From: Candidatus Thorarchaeota archaeon
GTDB lineage: Archaea; Asgardarchaeota; Thorarchaeia; Thorarchaeales; Thorarchaeaceae
Direction of reading: 5' to 3'
Assembly (NCBI GenBank): GCA_021498125.1
Contig: JAIZWL010000001.1
Location: forward strand, 197,434 to 261,433
DNA: 64,000 nucleotides
Shown here: piece after piece, positions 54,509 through 63,375 of the stretch
Layout of the letters: the number at the start of each line of letters is the position of its first letter
Position numbering within the stretch: the stretch's first letter is position 1
The notes under the pieces: model-generated
Told to the model about the DNA's origin: nothing
The model's input: the letters and a program-made list of their open reading frames with translations, nothing else
Database searches by the model: none
Made by a program: the position numbers and the translations under genes

Positions 54509-55405
54509 TTGAATGAGTCAACAACATTGTTAGATGCACAATCATATTACAACAAGGCGATGCATTATCTTGAGTTTAATGAGCCTCATGCCGCAATTGA
54601 CTCTCTCCGTACTGCTGTTAAGATCGCCCCTACTTTTGCTGAGGCTTGGCATCTTCTAGGTTCGCTTCTCCAAGACAACGGATCCCCCGACGAGGCACGT
54701 TCGTGTTTTGAGAAGGCTGTAGAACTTGATCCGCATGATGCACAACTCTGGCAACGTCTAGGTATCTTTGAGTTCTCGCAGGAGCAATACCGCGCAGCAC
54801 GAAAGGCACTGAAGAAATATGCAGATCTTGGTGGTGATGATTCAGATACTATGCTTGTGCTTGCGAAAGCAGCCTTCCGACTCAGCGACTGTACTACTGT
54901 TCTCTCAGTCACCAAGAAGATTCTTGATTTGGACGAAGAGCAGTATGAGGCTTGGGAGCTTCGCGGAATCTGCCAGGCCCGAAAAGATCAGCTCGATGCG
55001 GCAATCATCAGTCTAAATATGGCTCTGGAGATTCATTCCGAGAGCGTCTATGCCATGAATACGGTTGGGGATCTCTGTTACGAGCGGGAAAATTATGAGG
55101 GTGCACTCACCTTCTATCGTTCCAGTCTGGCAGTAAAGTGGGAGCAACCCCGGATTCTATTCAGATGTGCTACAAGTCTCTGGATGATCGAACGTTGGCA
55201 GGCAGCCATTCCTATGATCGAAGAATACACTGCTCTTGTCCCAGAAGATCCGCGCGGGTGGAATAATCTTGGTGTTATTTATCGTGAAAAAGGCGAGATT
55301 AAACGGGCAATTGAACTCTACCATCGAGCACTCGAATTGGATCCAGATTTCGAGATTGCAAAGGCCAACCTCGAGACCGCCAAGAATAAACAGATTGCAC
55401 TTTGA
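54509..55405 (+). CDS. Tetratricopeptide-repeat protein
   Basis: Seven or more TPR-like 34-aa repeats (W-LG-Y-A-F-P pattern). Start uncertain: TTG at 54509 or ATG at 54560. Confidence 0.65.
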   Translation: MNESTTLLDAQSYYNKAMHYLEFNEPHAAIDSLRTAVKIAPTFAEAWHLLGSLLQDNGSPDEARSCFEKAVELDPHDAQLWQRLGIFEFSQEQYRAARKALKKYADLGGDDSDTMLVLAKAAFRLSDCTTVLSVTKKILDLDEEQYEAWELRGICQARKDQLDAAIISLNMALEIHSESVYAMNTVGDLCYERENYEGALTFYRSSLAVKWEQPRILFRCATSLWMIERWQAAIPMIEEYTALVPEDPRGWNNLGVIYREKGEIKRAIELYHRALELDPDFEIAKANLETAKNKQIAL

Positions 55406-55545
55406 TGATAGATCTGTTCAGTTTCCTCTTTTGAATAGAGTCCTGCATATTTGGATTGAAGATTATTGTTTCTGATTCTTTTTAGTTTTCATAAAAGCTA
55501 CCGAATAGTTTTGTTTATACACTCTTCGAATAAGCTAACGTACTG

Positions 55546-55785
55546 GTGAATATAATGTCTGAATCACTTGTTGGAACAATAACTTCTCGTGATATTGCCG
55601 TGCTTGGTGATCTGAAATATGGTTTCATTGGAGTTGAGACCGATAATCATCATAGGCTCAAGGTAAAGATCAGTGCCCATACTCACTGGGACGACTTGAA
55701 TGTTGGTGATCGTGTCCGAGTTGTGGGCACTCTGCTTCAAAAAGATAGGATCTTTACAGCAGAAGAAGTGTCTAAGATCTCATAA
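55546..55785 (+). CDS. Small conserved-hypothetical protein (79 aa, beta-rich, possibly OB-fold-like)
   Basis: ORF with a good start; no motif recognised. Confidence 0.35.
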   Translation: MNIMSESLVGTITSRDIAVLGDLKYGFIGVETDNHHRLKVKISAHTHWDDLNVGDRVRVVGTLLQKDRIFTAEEVSKIS

Positions 55786-55817
55786 TATCTTGCATGTTTC
55801 ATTCTTGCTAACATTGA

Positions 55818-56321
55818 TTGAATCTATTTTCGGACGGGAGTTTCAAAATGCTCCGTCCAATATTTTCTATCTTTTACAAATCATTATTATTGTTGTTCAG
55901 TACTGATGTTTGTTGGGTATTCTCTATGAACCGCGATCAATATCATCGGTCTATGTATCTTATTGCTGCAATTTGGAATTGGATACTGGCAGTCACGTTC
56001 TTGATCCTACCACGAATTGATATCCATTACTTCTCCCTTGCAGGGGATACTATTCCCCCCACGCTGCTCTGGTTTGATGAGTTCATGGGACTTGTCTTTG
56101 CCTTTGGTATCGGCTTCTATCTGATCAGTTGTGATATGAAAAAGAATCATGGCCTTATACAGATCTCAATTTTCGAGAAGGTCTGGGTGTTTGTTATCGG
56201 GGTCTCTTATTTCCTTTTGAGCCAAGCCTCACTGCTTCTTGTGCTCATAGTGACTGGTGATCTAATATTTGGACTGCTCTTCCTTGAAGATCTGCTGGCA
56301 ATTCGAAAACTGGCAGTCTGA
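55818..56321 (+). CDS. Four-TM membrane protein, unknown function
   Basis: Hydrophobicity pattern only. Confidence 0.45.
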   Translation: MNLFSDGSFKMLRPIFSIFYKSLLLLFSTDVCWVFSMNRDQYHRSMYLIAAIWNWILAVTFLILPRIDIHYFSLAGDTIPPTLLWFDEFMGLVFAFGIGFYLISCDMKKNHGLIQISIFEKVWVFVIGVSYFLLSQASLLLVLIVTGDLIFGLLFLEDLLAIRKLAV

Positions 56322-56406
56322 ACCTGTTCTACGTGATTCGATACTCTTCACTATTGTGCAAATAATGATAATGATAAAATAGGATAAAGGGGAGGTATCC
56401 CCTTGA

Positions 56407-56817
56407 TCATTTCAGTGGTACATATTGTGAAGACTTGGTTGCACCGATACCCGGGTTACCGTGTCTTACTGGTTTCATTGGGCTGCTCATTTCCCCAAGA
56501 ACATGTCCGATCATCTGAGGCAGAATCTTGACGCGGACAAAGTCTTTTCCATTATGAACCGCAATGGTGAGGTCTACCATCTCAGGGAGAATGACCATGT
56601 CTCGGCAGTGGGTTTTCACGACCACATCCTTACCTTTGCGTTGGGCCTTGCGCGCTGCACGGAGTTTCATAAGGAGTTTCTTGTGTCTTGGTGGCAGGCC
56701 TCTCTTGAGAGTACGTCGTCTGTGTGACGGAAGCAGCTCGATCAAGGAGTCCATATTCATCTTGACAAGTTCATTGAGTGTGTAGCCTCTATACATGGGC
56801 TCTCTCTTTGTGGACAT
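56407..56817 (-). CDS. rps19p: 30S ribosomal protein uS19 (S19p/S15e)
   Basis: [33 protein letters not shown]...[28 protein letters not shown]...[33 protein letters not shown] is near-colinear with archaeal S19p and eukaryotic S15. Confidence 0.9.
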   Translation of the reverse strand: MSTKREPMYRGYTLNELVKMNMDSLIELLPSHRRRTLKRGLPPRHKKLLMKLRAARKAQRKGKDVVVKTHCRDMVILPEMVDLTIAVHNGKDFVRVKILPQMIGHVLGEMSSPMKPVRHGNPGIGATKSSQYVPLK

Positions 56818-56843
56818 GTAATCACCTGAGATGTTATACGGAG

Positions 56844-56857
56844 TTGGTCATGACCAA
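56844..56857. promoter_or_regulatory. 14-bp perfect palindrome TTGGTCATGACCAA about 27 bp upstream of the uS19 start codon
   Basis: Read directly from the sequence; shares GGTCA/TGACC half-sites with the palindrome at 43330. Confidence 0.4.
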
Positions 56858-56911
56858 TTCGTAACACTCCAAGAGCAAAGCGGTCCCAATTTAAGGTTAA
56901 CGACATGGCCT

Positions 56912-57496
56912 TTACCAATCGCGTGCACGTGATTTTGGTTTTTGAATGTCTGTTCCCTTTTTCTCAAGCTTGCCTGCCTTTTCGAGAGCATCACGTACCC
57001 AAGGCATGGTCCGTGAGAGTGCAGGGTCTCGAATCACTGCCAGACGTGCATATTCGATTGCGGTATCCCAGTTCTCAAGTTCATAATTGATCTCTGCAAT
57101 GTGCAATAGCGCAAGGGGTAGTCGTTTTCGAATCTCAAGTGCCGCATGAAAACTATCTAGGGCCTCCTCACGCATCCCCAGCTTCCTATAGCAGACCCCT
57201 CTATTGAATAGTGGGACAGGATCTTTGGGAGCTATTTGAGCGGCTCGATCAAGCAGTTGGAATGCCTCTTCGGTTTCTGGGCTAGTGATGACCGGGTTCT
57301 CTTGAATCTCCAGCAACGCAACGGCAAGTGTGACCATTGCATTACTGTTGTCTGGGTCTTTCTTCAAGACCTCTCGAAGGAGTGGTATGGCATCCTTGGC
57401 ATTGCCTTCAAGAAGTAGGCCCGCGGCCAGCTTGTATTCTTTACTTTGTCTTCGGAATAGAGGCATTGTCAGTCGTTTCTGTGCAGCATCGGCCAT
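56912..57496 (-). CDS. Tetratricopeptide-repeat protein
   Basis: Five TPR-like repeats. Confidence 0.65.
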   Translation of the reverse strand: MADAAQKRLTMPLFRRQSKEYKLAAGLLLEGNAKDAIPLLREVLKKDPDNSNAMVTLAVALLEIQENPVITSPETEEAFQLLDRAAQIAPKDPVPLFNRGVCYRKLGMREEALDSFHAALEIRKRLPLALLHIAEINYELENWDTAIEYARLAVIRDPALSRTMPWVRDALEKAGKLEKKGTDIQKPKSRARDW

Positions 57497-57551
57497 ACTC
57501 TTAAGTGAATAGGCTTCTGCACCCTTTCACACTAAGACAGGTGAAACGAAT

Positions 57552-58913
57552 ATGGGCAAGTTATTTGGCACAAATGGTGTCCGAGGCACTATCAATGACG
57601 GTCTCACGCTCGACATGGTTGTACAACTTGGTCGTGCTGTAGGAACGGTGCTTGGCCTCGGAAAGGTCGCATTGGCACGGGACGTTCGATTGGGTGGTGA
57701 GATGTATCGTGACGCTATGGTAGCAGGCCTTCTCTCCACAGGTTGTTCCGTTGTAGATATTGGGCTGGCACCTACCCCCTGCTTGCAATTTATGGTCCCC
57801 CGTTTGAACTGTGTCTCAGGTGTTATGATCACAGCCTCACATAATCCCCCTGAATTTAATGGTGTAAAAGTAATGGGTGCCGATGGTATAGAGGTGACCC
57901 GTGAGGTTGAGGCGCAGATTGAAGAGACCTACTTCTCAAAGCAATTCAGGCTTGCCAACTGGAATGAGGTTGGTACGGTTTCCTATGAAGACGGTGCAAT
58001 TAGACAGTATATTGATGCGATAAAGACCCATGTCAATGTTGATGCGATCAAGAAACGGAATCTGCGTGTTGTGATAGATGGTGCAAATAGTGTCGGCTCA
58101 CTTGTCACACCTCTTCTTCTTCGAGAACTTGGTTGTAAGGTCATCTCTCTCAATTGCCAGCTTGATGGTGCCTTTCCTGGGCGTCTTCCAGAACCGACCC
58201 CTACTAATTTGGTGAGGCTCAGCGAAACTGTGCGATCTATTGGTGCCGACCTTGGAATCGCTCATGATGGTGATGCTGATCGCGCTACCTTTGTAGACGA
58301 AGACGGTCAGATTCTGTGGGGCGACCAATCCTTTGCAATTATTGCCTCACGTATATTGGCCCGGACCCCCGGTTCAGTTCTTGTGACTCCCGTCAGCAGT
58401 GGTCGTCTGATCGAAGACGTTGCAAAGAATGCTGGTGCCAAACTTGACTGGACAATGGTCGGAAGCGTAGTTGTCTCACATCGAGTGGTCGAAATCGGAG
58501 CAGCTCTTGGTGGTGAAGAGAACGGAGGAGTCTTTTATCCCCCCCATCAGGCAGTACGTGACGGTGCAATGACCGCAGCCCAAATTGTTGAGATCATGGC
58601 CACTGAGAACAAGGGTCTCTCCCAACTTGTGAGGGAGCTTCCTGTCTATTATAGTGTAAAAGAAAAAGTCCCTGTTCCCCCAGACAAGAAAGACGTAATT
58701 CTTGGAGAGCTTCTCTCTTTGACCAAGGATCAGGAGCGCATCACGCTTGATGGAGTCAAGCTCATCTTCAAGGAAGGCTGGGTTCTCATGCGTCCCTCTG
58801 GGACTGAACCACTATGGCGATGTTTCGCTGAGGCACAGGACGAGTCAACTGCTACTTCACTCTGTCAGAAAGGAGTCGAACTCATCAAACAGGCGATACA
58901 ACACCTAGAGTAA
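57552..58913 (+). CDS. glmM: Phosphoglucosamine mutase / phosphomannomutase (alpha-D-phosphohexomutase family)
   Basis: GTNGVRG start, TASHNP active-site Ser loop, GDGDADR metal-binding loop, and a C-terminal sugar/phosphate-binding region. Confidence 0.85.
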   Translation: MGKLFGTNGVRGTINDGLTLDMVVQLGRAVGTVLGLGKVALARDVRLGGEMYRDAMVAGLLSTGCSVVDIGLAPTPCLQFMVPRLNCVSGVMITASHNPPEFNGVKVMGADGIEVTREVEAQIEETYFSKQFRLANWNEVGTVSYEDGAIRQYIDAIKTHVNVDAIKKRNLRVVIDGANSVGSLVTPLLLRELGCKVISLNCQLDGAFPGRLPEPTPTNLVRLSETVRSIGADLGIAHDGDADRATFVDEDGQILWGDQSFAIIASRILARTPGSVLVTPVSSGRLIEDVAKNAGAKLDWTMVGSVVVSHRVVEIGAALGGEENGGVFYPPHQAVRDGAMTAAQIVEIMATENKGLSQLVRELPVYYSVKEKVPVPPDKKDVILGELLSLTKDQERITLDGVKLIFKEGWVLMRPSGTEPLWRCFAEAQDESTATSLCQKGVELIKQAIQHLE

Positions 58914-59015
58914 TCCCAACAATAATACGGTAAAAAATAAGATAATGAAGTGATGGAGAAAAGGAACCCCCTTCTCTCCATTCTCCCTGTTGTCCAGAAT
59001 CGAGTCCGGAAAAGA

Positions 59016-59372
59016 TTACTCTTCCTTCTTCTCTTCTTCCTTGTCTTCAACTGCTTCCTCGTCGAAGTCAAAGTCTTCAAGTGGTTCTGGTGCTGGTGTG
59101 GTCAGCATTGTCCAGCCAATCCACATTGCAATAATACAGATGAGAACCGCTGCAGCCCAGACTGGAAGGATGATTAAAAACATTGGATCTGGATTGAAGA
59201 TTTGATTAAGGGGTGTACCCTGCGGAAATGTCGCATTAACCCATGCAACAAGACCATCCTTTGTGAACGGGAGCTGGAGGAGAACCAGACCCCACGTGTA
59301 GTAAATGGCTGCTAGCAGCGCTGCGATGAACAGAAGCGCACCAATAAGTTTCTCTTTGCCCATGAAAATCAA
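59016..59372 (-). CDS. Small two-TM membrane protein with a highly acidic C-terminal tail
   Basis: Hydrophobic N-terminal helices; tail DFDFDEEAVEDKEEEKKEE. Confidence 0.4.
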   Translation of the reverse strand: MIFMGKEKLIGALLFIAALLAAIYYTWGLVLLQLPFTKDGLVAWVNATFPQGTPLNQIFNPDPMFLIILPVWAAAVLICIIAMWIGWTMLTTPAPEPLEDFDFDEEAVEDKEEEKKEE

Positions 59373-59582
59373 CTGCCTTCAGTTTTGATGGTATCTGATT
59401 CAATTACCATTCTCGCCTGAATAAAAGCGTTGTGTAGTGTTTGCATTATTGACGGTTTAATCTTTCGCTATTGAGATTACGAGATGTAAGTTCTTCTCAC
59501 AACAGGCTATTTCCATAGTGCTTATTAATACGGTGCAGGGATTCGAATCTTCGTTGATATCCCTTCCCTGGAAGTGAGTCCT

Positions 59583-60371
59583 ATGAAAATCATTGTGCCC
59601 GTGAAGCAAGTGCCGGAGGTCGCTGAGGTCAAAGTCGACCCCGAGACTGGAACACTGATTCGGGATGGTGTGCCCAGTATACTCAATCCGTTTGACGAGT
59701 ATGCTGTCGAGGCAGCCATCCAGCTTAAGGAAAAATTTGGCGGCGAAGTGACAATTATTACAATGGGTCCCCCTCAGGCCAAGGATGCCCTCTACAAGGC
59801 CCTTGCCATGGGTGGTGACAAGGCAATCCATCTTACGGACCGTGCCTTTGCAGGGGCTGACACCTGGGCCACTGCATACACATTGGCAGCACAGATCAAG
59901 AAGATGGAATACGATCTTGTCATCTGCGGGAAGCAGGCGATTGATGGTGATACTGCACAGGTCGGCCCCGAGATTGCTGAGCTTCTTGGGCTCCCTCAAA
60001 TCTGTTATGTGCGCCATCTCGAAGTCACTGAGGATGAGAAGTTCGTGATTGCCCATCGTGAGACCGATGAAGGATATGACGTTGTGAAAGCAAAGCTGCC
60101 CGTTCTCATCACTGCGACCAAGGGCCTAAACGAGCCGCGACTACCAAATATCATGGGCCTGATGAAGGCCAAGAAGAAGCCCTTCGAGGTTGTTGATGCA
60201 GCAACTTTGGGAGTACCTGAAGATGCTATTGGTCTCAAAGGCTCTCCTACCACTGTCCGTAGTATATTCCCACCACCCAAACGTAAGAGTGGAGTGAAAC
60301 TTGAAGACGTGAGTCCACAGGAAGCAGCCAAGAAGCTGGTTGAATTCCTTGCACAGAAGGGGGCGATCTAA
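59583..60371 (+). CDS. etfB: Electron transfer flavoprotein beta subunit
   Basis: MKIIVPVKQVPEVAEVKVDPETGTLIRDGVPSILNPFDEYAVEAA is a canonical EtfB start. Start set at the ATG at 59583; the ORF track begins at GTG 59574. Confidence 0.85.
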   Translation: MKIIVPVKQVPEVAEVKVDPETGTLIRDGVPSILNPFDEYAVEAAIQLKEKFGGEVTIITMGPPQAKDALYKALAMGGDKAIHLTDRAFAGADTWATAYTLAAQIKKMEYDLVICGKQAIDGDTAQVGPEIAELLGLPQICYVRHLEVTEDEKFVIAHRETDEGYDVVKAKLPVLITATKGLNEPRLPNIMGLMKAKKKPFEVVDAATLGVPEDAIGLKGSPTTVRSIFPPPKRKSGVKLEDVSPQEAAKKLVEFLAQKGAI

Positions 60372-60373
60372 AA

Positions 60374-61573
60374 ATGGGGCTTCTATACGATCGTGATACA
60401 TGCACTGGCTGCATGCTCTGTATTAAGGTCTGTAATTTTGGTGCTATTGAGAAAGATGGCAACAAGGTCAAGTTCGATCTTGACAAATGTGTTCTCTGTG
60501 GCTCTTGTGAGGAGGTCTGTCCGGTCGATGCCATAACTATTGAACGCAAGACTGTTGACAAAGAGGCCCTTGCAGAGTACAAGGATGTCTGGGTCTTCTG
60601 CGAGACCCATGAGGGGCGTCTTCGCAGTGTGGCCCGTGAGTTGATCAGCCAAGGGCGAGTACTGGCTGACAAACTGGGTGAACATCTTGTTGCGGTTCTG
60701 ATCGGCCATGAGATCGAAGGACTGGCCGAGGGTCTCATTCATCAGGGTGCTGACAAGGTCCTTGTGGTTGATGACAAGATCTTTGAGCACTATTCAACTG
60801 ATGCTTATACAATCGCAATGACCTCTCTTATTGCACCACGCAAACCCGCCGTCGTGTTGTTTGGTGCGACTAACAATGGTCGTGACCTTGCGCCTCGTGT
60901 CTCTGCTCGGTTACATCTTGGCCTGACCGCTGACTGTACTGGTCTTGATATTGATGAAGAGCGTCAGCTTGTCCAGACACGCCCCGCCTTCGGTGGTAAC
61001 ATCATGGCCGAGATTCTCTGTCCATATACTCGCCCGCAGATGGCAACAGTCCGGCCTAATGTCTTCAAGCCAACAGACCCCGATCCCTCTCGTACCGGTG
61101 AGATTGAAAAGGTCGATATCAAAGTCAGTCCTCTTCAGGTTCGTACGAAAGTACTCGATTCGGTTCGTGAGGTCGTTGAGGGTATGAAACCTGTTGAAGA
61201 GGCGGACATTGTAGTCTGTAGTGGACGTGGTATTAAGGACCCATCCAACCTTGATCTGCCACGACAACTGGCTCAGCTTCTTGATGCTGCCGTTGGAGGT
61301 TCTCGCCCTATAGTAGATGCTGGTTGGCTTCCTCCCTCCCAACAGGTCGGTCAATCTGGTCGTACCATTTCTCCAAAGCTCTACTTTGCCTTAGGAATCT
61401 CTGGAGCAATACAGCATCTGGCTGGGATGTCCAGTTCGGACATTATTGTTGCGGTGAACAAGGATCCAGAGGCCCCCATCTTCGAGATTGCAGACTTTGG
61501 TATTGTGGGTGACCTGTTCGAGGTCGTGCCTGCGATCATTGAAGAGATTAAGAAGCTCAAGGCTGAACGATAG
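60374..61573 (+). CDS. etfA: Electron transfer flavoprotein alpha subunit with an N-terminal 2x[4Fe-4S] ferredoxin domain
   Basis: CTGCMLCIKVCNFGAI and CVLCGSCEEVCPVDAI Cys clusters, then EtfA Rossmann and FAD-binding domains; 3 nt after the etfB stop. Confidence 0.85.
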   Translation: MGLLYDRDTCTGCMLCIKVCNFGAIEKDGNKVKFDLDKCVLCGSCEEVCPVDAITIERKTVDKEALAEYKDVWVFCETHEGRLRSVARELISQGRVLADKLGEHLVAVLIGHEIEGLAEGLIHQGADKVLVVDDKIFEHYSTDAYTIAMTSLIAPRKPAVVLFGATNNGRDLAPRVSARLHLGLTADCTGLDIDEERQLVQTRPAFGGNIMAEILCPYTRPQMATVRPNVFKPTDPDPSRTGEIEKVDIKVSPLQVRTKVLDSVREVVEGMKPVEEADIVVCSGRGIKDPSNLDLPRQLAQLLDAAVGGSRPIVDAGWLPPSQQVGQSGRTISPKLYFALGISGAIQHLAGMSSSDIIVAVNKDPEAPIFEIADFGIVGDLFEVVPAIIEEIKKLKAER

Positions 61574-61587
61574 TTTTAGTTTCTACT

Positions 61588-61640
61588 GACCTGCCCAATC
61601 TGTTGGCAGGTCATCTTCTCTTTTTCTTTTGTTCCTCTTT
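61588..61640 (+). terminator. Hairpin GACCUGCC-CAAUCUGUU-GGCAGGUC followed by a U-rich tract downstream of etfA; a putative terminator
   Basis: 8-bp perfect stem at 61588..61612, then ATCTTCTCTTTTTCTTTTGTTCCTCTTT. Confidence 0.45.
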
Positions 61641-61731
61641 GTAATTAGTTCGCGCTTTAAACTGTACAAATACCGAAGATTTATAAGAAACTGTAGAAAT
61701 GTACATTTATAATCATACATGAGGTACAAAA

Positions 61732-62619
61732 ATGAATGATGATAAAGATGCATTGAAGCACGAACTAGCAGAGATTCGTGAACTCAAAGAGGCATTACGT
61801 GAAGAACTTGATGAGATTCGTAGAGAGAAAGAAGAATTGCGTAAGATCCGTGCGGAGTCTGTGCGTAAGCGACGCGATAGTGCACCACGACCACCGCCTG
61901 AGGGTCCTCGCCATGGCCCTTCTCCACGACCCCCCCATGAGCGATACCCTCCTAGGCCCTCTCTCCCACGATTACCACGAGGCCGTGAGCATCATCCGCA
62001 TGGTCGCCAGCCTACAATAATAGATCTCGAGTCCTTAGCAGAGAGTCTCGAAGATATGATGAGTGGTCTTGGAGAGCAAATCCGTGTAGCAATGTCCAGC
62101 ATTAAACCGATTGATCTTCGTATTCGTGGTCCCTCCATGCGACGAGAAATATCCAAGAGTCGAATCAAGAGTAGGGCTAAGCGACTAAAAAAAGTGGAGT
62201 CCATTCCTCCTGATCGGATAGCACGCATTCTTAGCCCCTTGGGAAATGTGGAGCGTCTTCGGATCCTTGATTATCTCAAGGACGGTGCGAAGACGTTCAA
62301 TGATATCGAGTCCTATATTGGAAAGACCGGGAGCTCATTAACACATCATCTCTCTCCTCTTATCGAGGCGGGATATGTGGTCAAGGGAGCGGTTCGAGGA
62401 ACGTACTATATTACGGTATCTGGACGGTTGGCATACCGTTTAGCTCAGTGGTTGACCAGTCAGGTCGAACATGAACTGAGCGCCATATTATCTGAAGACG
62501 AAGAAGAGATCGTAGATGGCGATGCGCCTGTTGAGGATGAGGATATGCCTGATGAAGATCTTAGCGAGGACGATGAATTTGAACTATCACCCGAATCTGA
62601 TGAGGAGGATGTCTGGTAA
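61732..62619 (+). CDS. Putative transcription regulator. It has an N-terminal coiled coil, a Pro/Arg-rich disordered segment, a winged-HTH (ArsR-like) domain and an acidic C-terminal tail.
   Basis: ELAEIRELKEALREELDEIRREKEELRK heptads; PRPPPEGPRHGPSPRPPHERYPPRPSLPRLPR low complexity; RILSPLGNVERLRILDYLKDGAKTFNDIESYIGKTGSSLTHHLSPLIEAGYV wHTH; DEDMPDEDLSEDDEFELSPESDEED tail. Confidence 0.5.
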   Translation: MNDDKDALKHELAEIRELKEALREELDEIRREKEELRKIRAESVRKRRDSAPRPPPEGPRHGPSPRPPHERYPPRPSLPRLPRGREHHPHGRQPTIIDLESLAESLEDMMSGLGEQIRVAMSSIKPIDLRIRGPSMRREISKSRIKSRAKRLKKVESIPPDRIARILSPLGNVERLRILDYLKDGAKTFNDIESYIGKTGSSLTHHLSPLIEAGYVVKGAVRGTYYITVSGRLAYRLAQWLTSQVEHELSAILSEDEEEIVDGDAPVEDEDMPDEDLSEDDEFELSPESDEEDVW

Positions 62620-63375
62620 ATGAATCTCCAAATTGACAAGTCCATTATGGTGACCACTCGCTCATGTCAACCAATATCAACGGAGAAGGCAGTTGTGGAG
62701 TTACAACCCGGCTCTCTCTGGACACGAGTTCTCAGGGCCGATGAGGTCGTCGGAATTATCTTTGCTGGGGCTGCTCATTTTGCAGTTGATGCCATTGCTG
62801 AGACCGCCGCTGGAGCTGTAGGTGAATCTGTCACTGATGATCTTGAAGGCTGTCAGCTTCTTCTCGGAGACCTTGACATTGAGGAGGCATCTCGTGAGGC
62901 GAGTGACGATGATCTCCGCACAAATGGATTTGAGAGTGCAGCGAACTTTCTTGAAAAAGCAGGAGATATTCTGAAAGATGCAAAGCTCAAGAAGGCAGGG
63001 ATTCCCTCAGGCCATGGTAGAGTCCTCATTGGCCATACTCTGACCAATTCGAGTCTGGTTCTTGTTGTGAGCAATGACAAACTTGTTCTTGTCTATCGTG
63101 ATCGCACCTATGTTGTCAGTGATGACACACTCATTGAAGTGCGAAAGAATCGGCTCCGCGTGTATGGGAAACGTGGGCGCGTCTTTGGTCTCTTACGATC
63201 TCGGCATGACCACCCGCATCATGAGCACATCATCGATGTTGGTGTTCCTGAGCCCTGGGACGATTGGGACGACTCTGTTTCGGACTGTTGTCCTCCACAT
63301 ATGCCTCCAAGGTATACTCCCCGATTCGACTGGCATCGTGCAACTCATGACTGGGATCCAGACTGGGTTGTCTGA
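62620..63375 (+). CDS. Hypothetical protein translationally coupled to the preceding regulator; C-terminus rich in His/Trp/Asp (PEPWDDWDD, DWDPDW)
   Basis: Start overlaps the stop of the 61732 gene (TAAATG); no family motif recognised. Confidence 0.45.
   Translation: MNLQIDKSIMVTTRSCQPISTEKAVVELQPGSLWTRVLRADEVVGIIFAGAAHFAVDAIAETAAGAVGESVTDDLEGCQLLLGDLDIEEASREASDDDLRTNGFESAANFLEKAGDILKDAKLKKAGIPSGHGRVLIGHTLTNSSLVLVVSNDKLVLVYRDRTYVVSDDTLIEVRKNRLRVYGKRGRVFGLLRSRHDHPHHEHIIDVGVPEPWDDWDDSVSDCCPPHMPPRYTPRFDWHRATHDWDPDWVV

Noticed and set aside
59535-59560. GGGATTCGAATC in the etfB upstream region, resembling a tRNA T-arm (GGTTCGAATCC)
   Set aside because: Neither strand gives matching T-stem halves, and there are no acceptor, D or anticodon arms. 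It is probably a 5'-UTR hairpin (GGGAU...AUCCC) rather than a tRNA.
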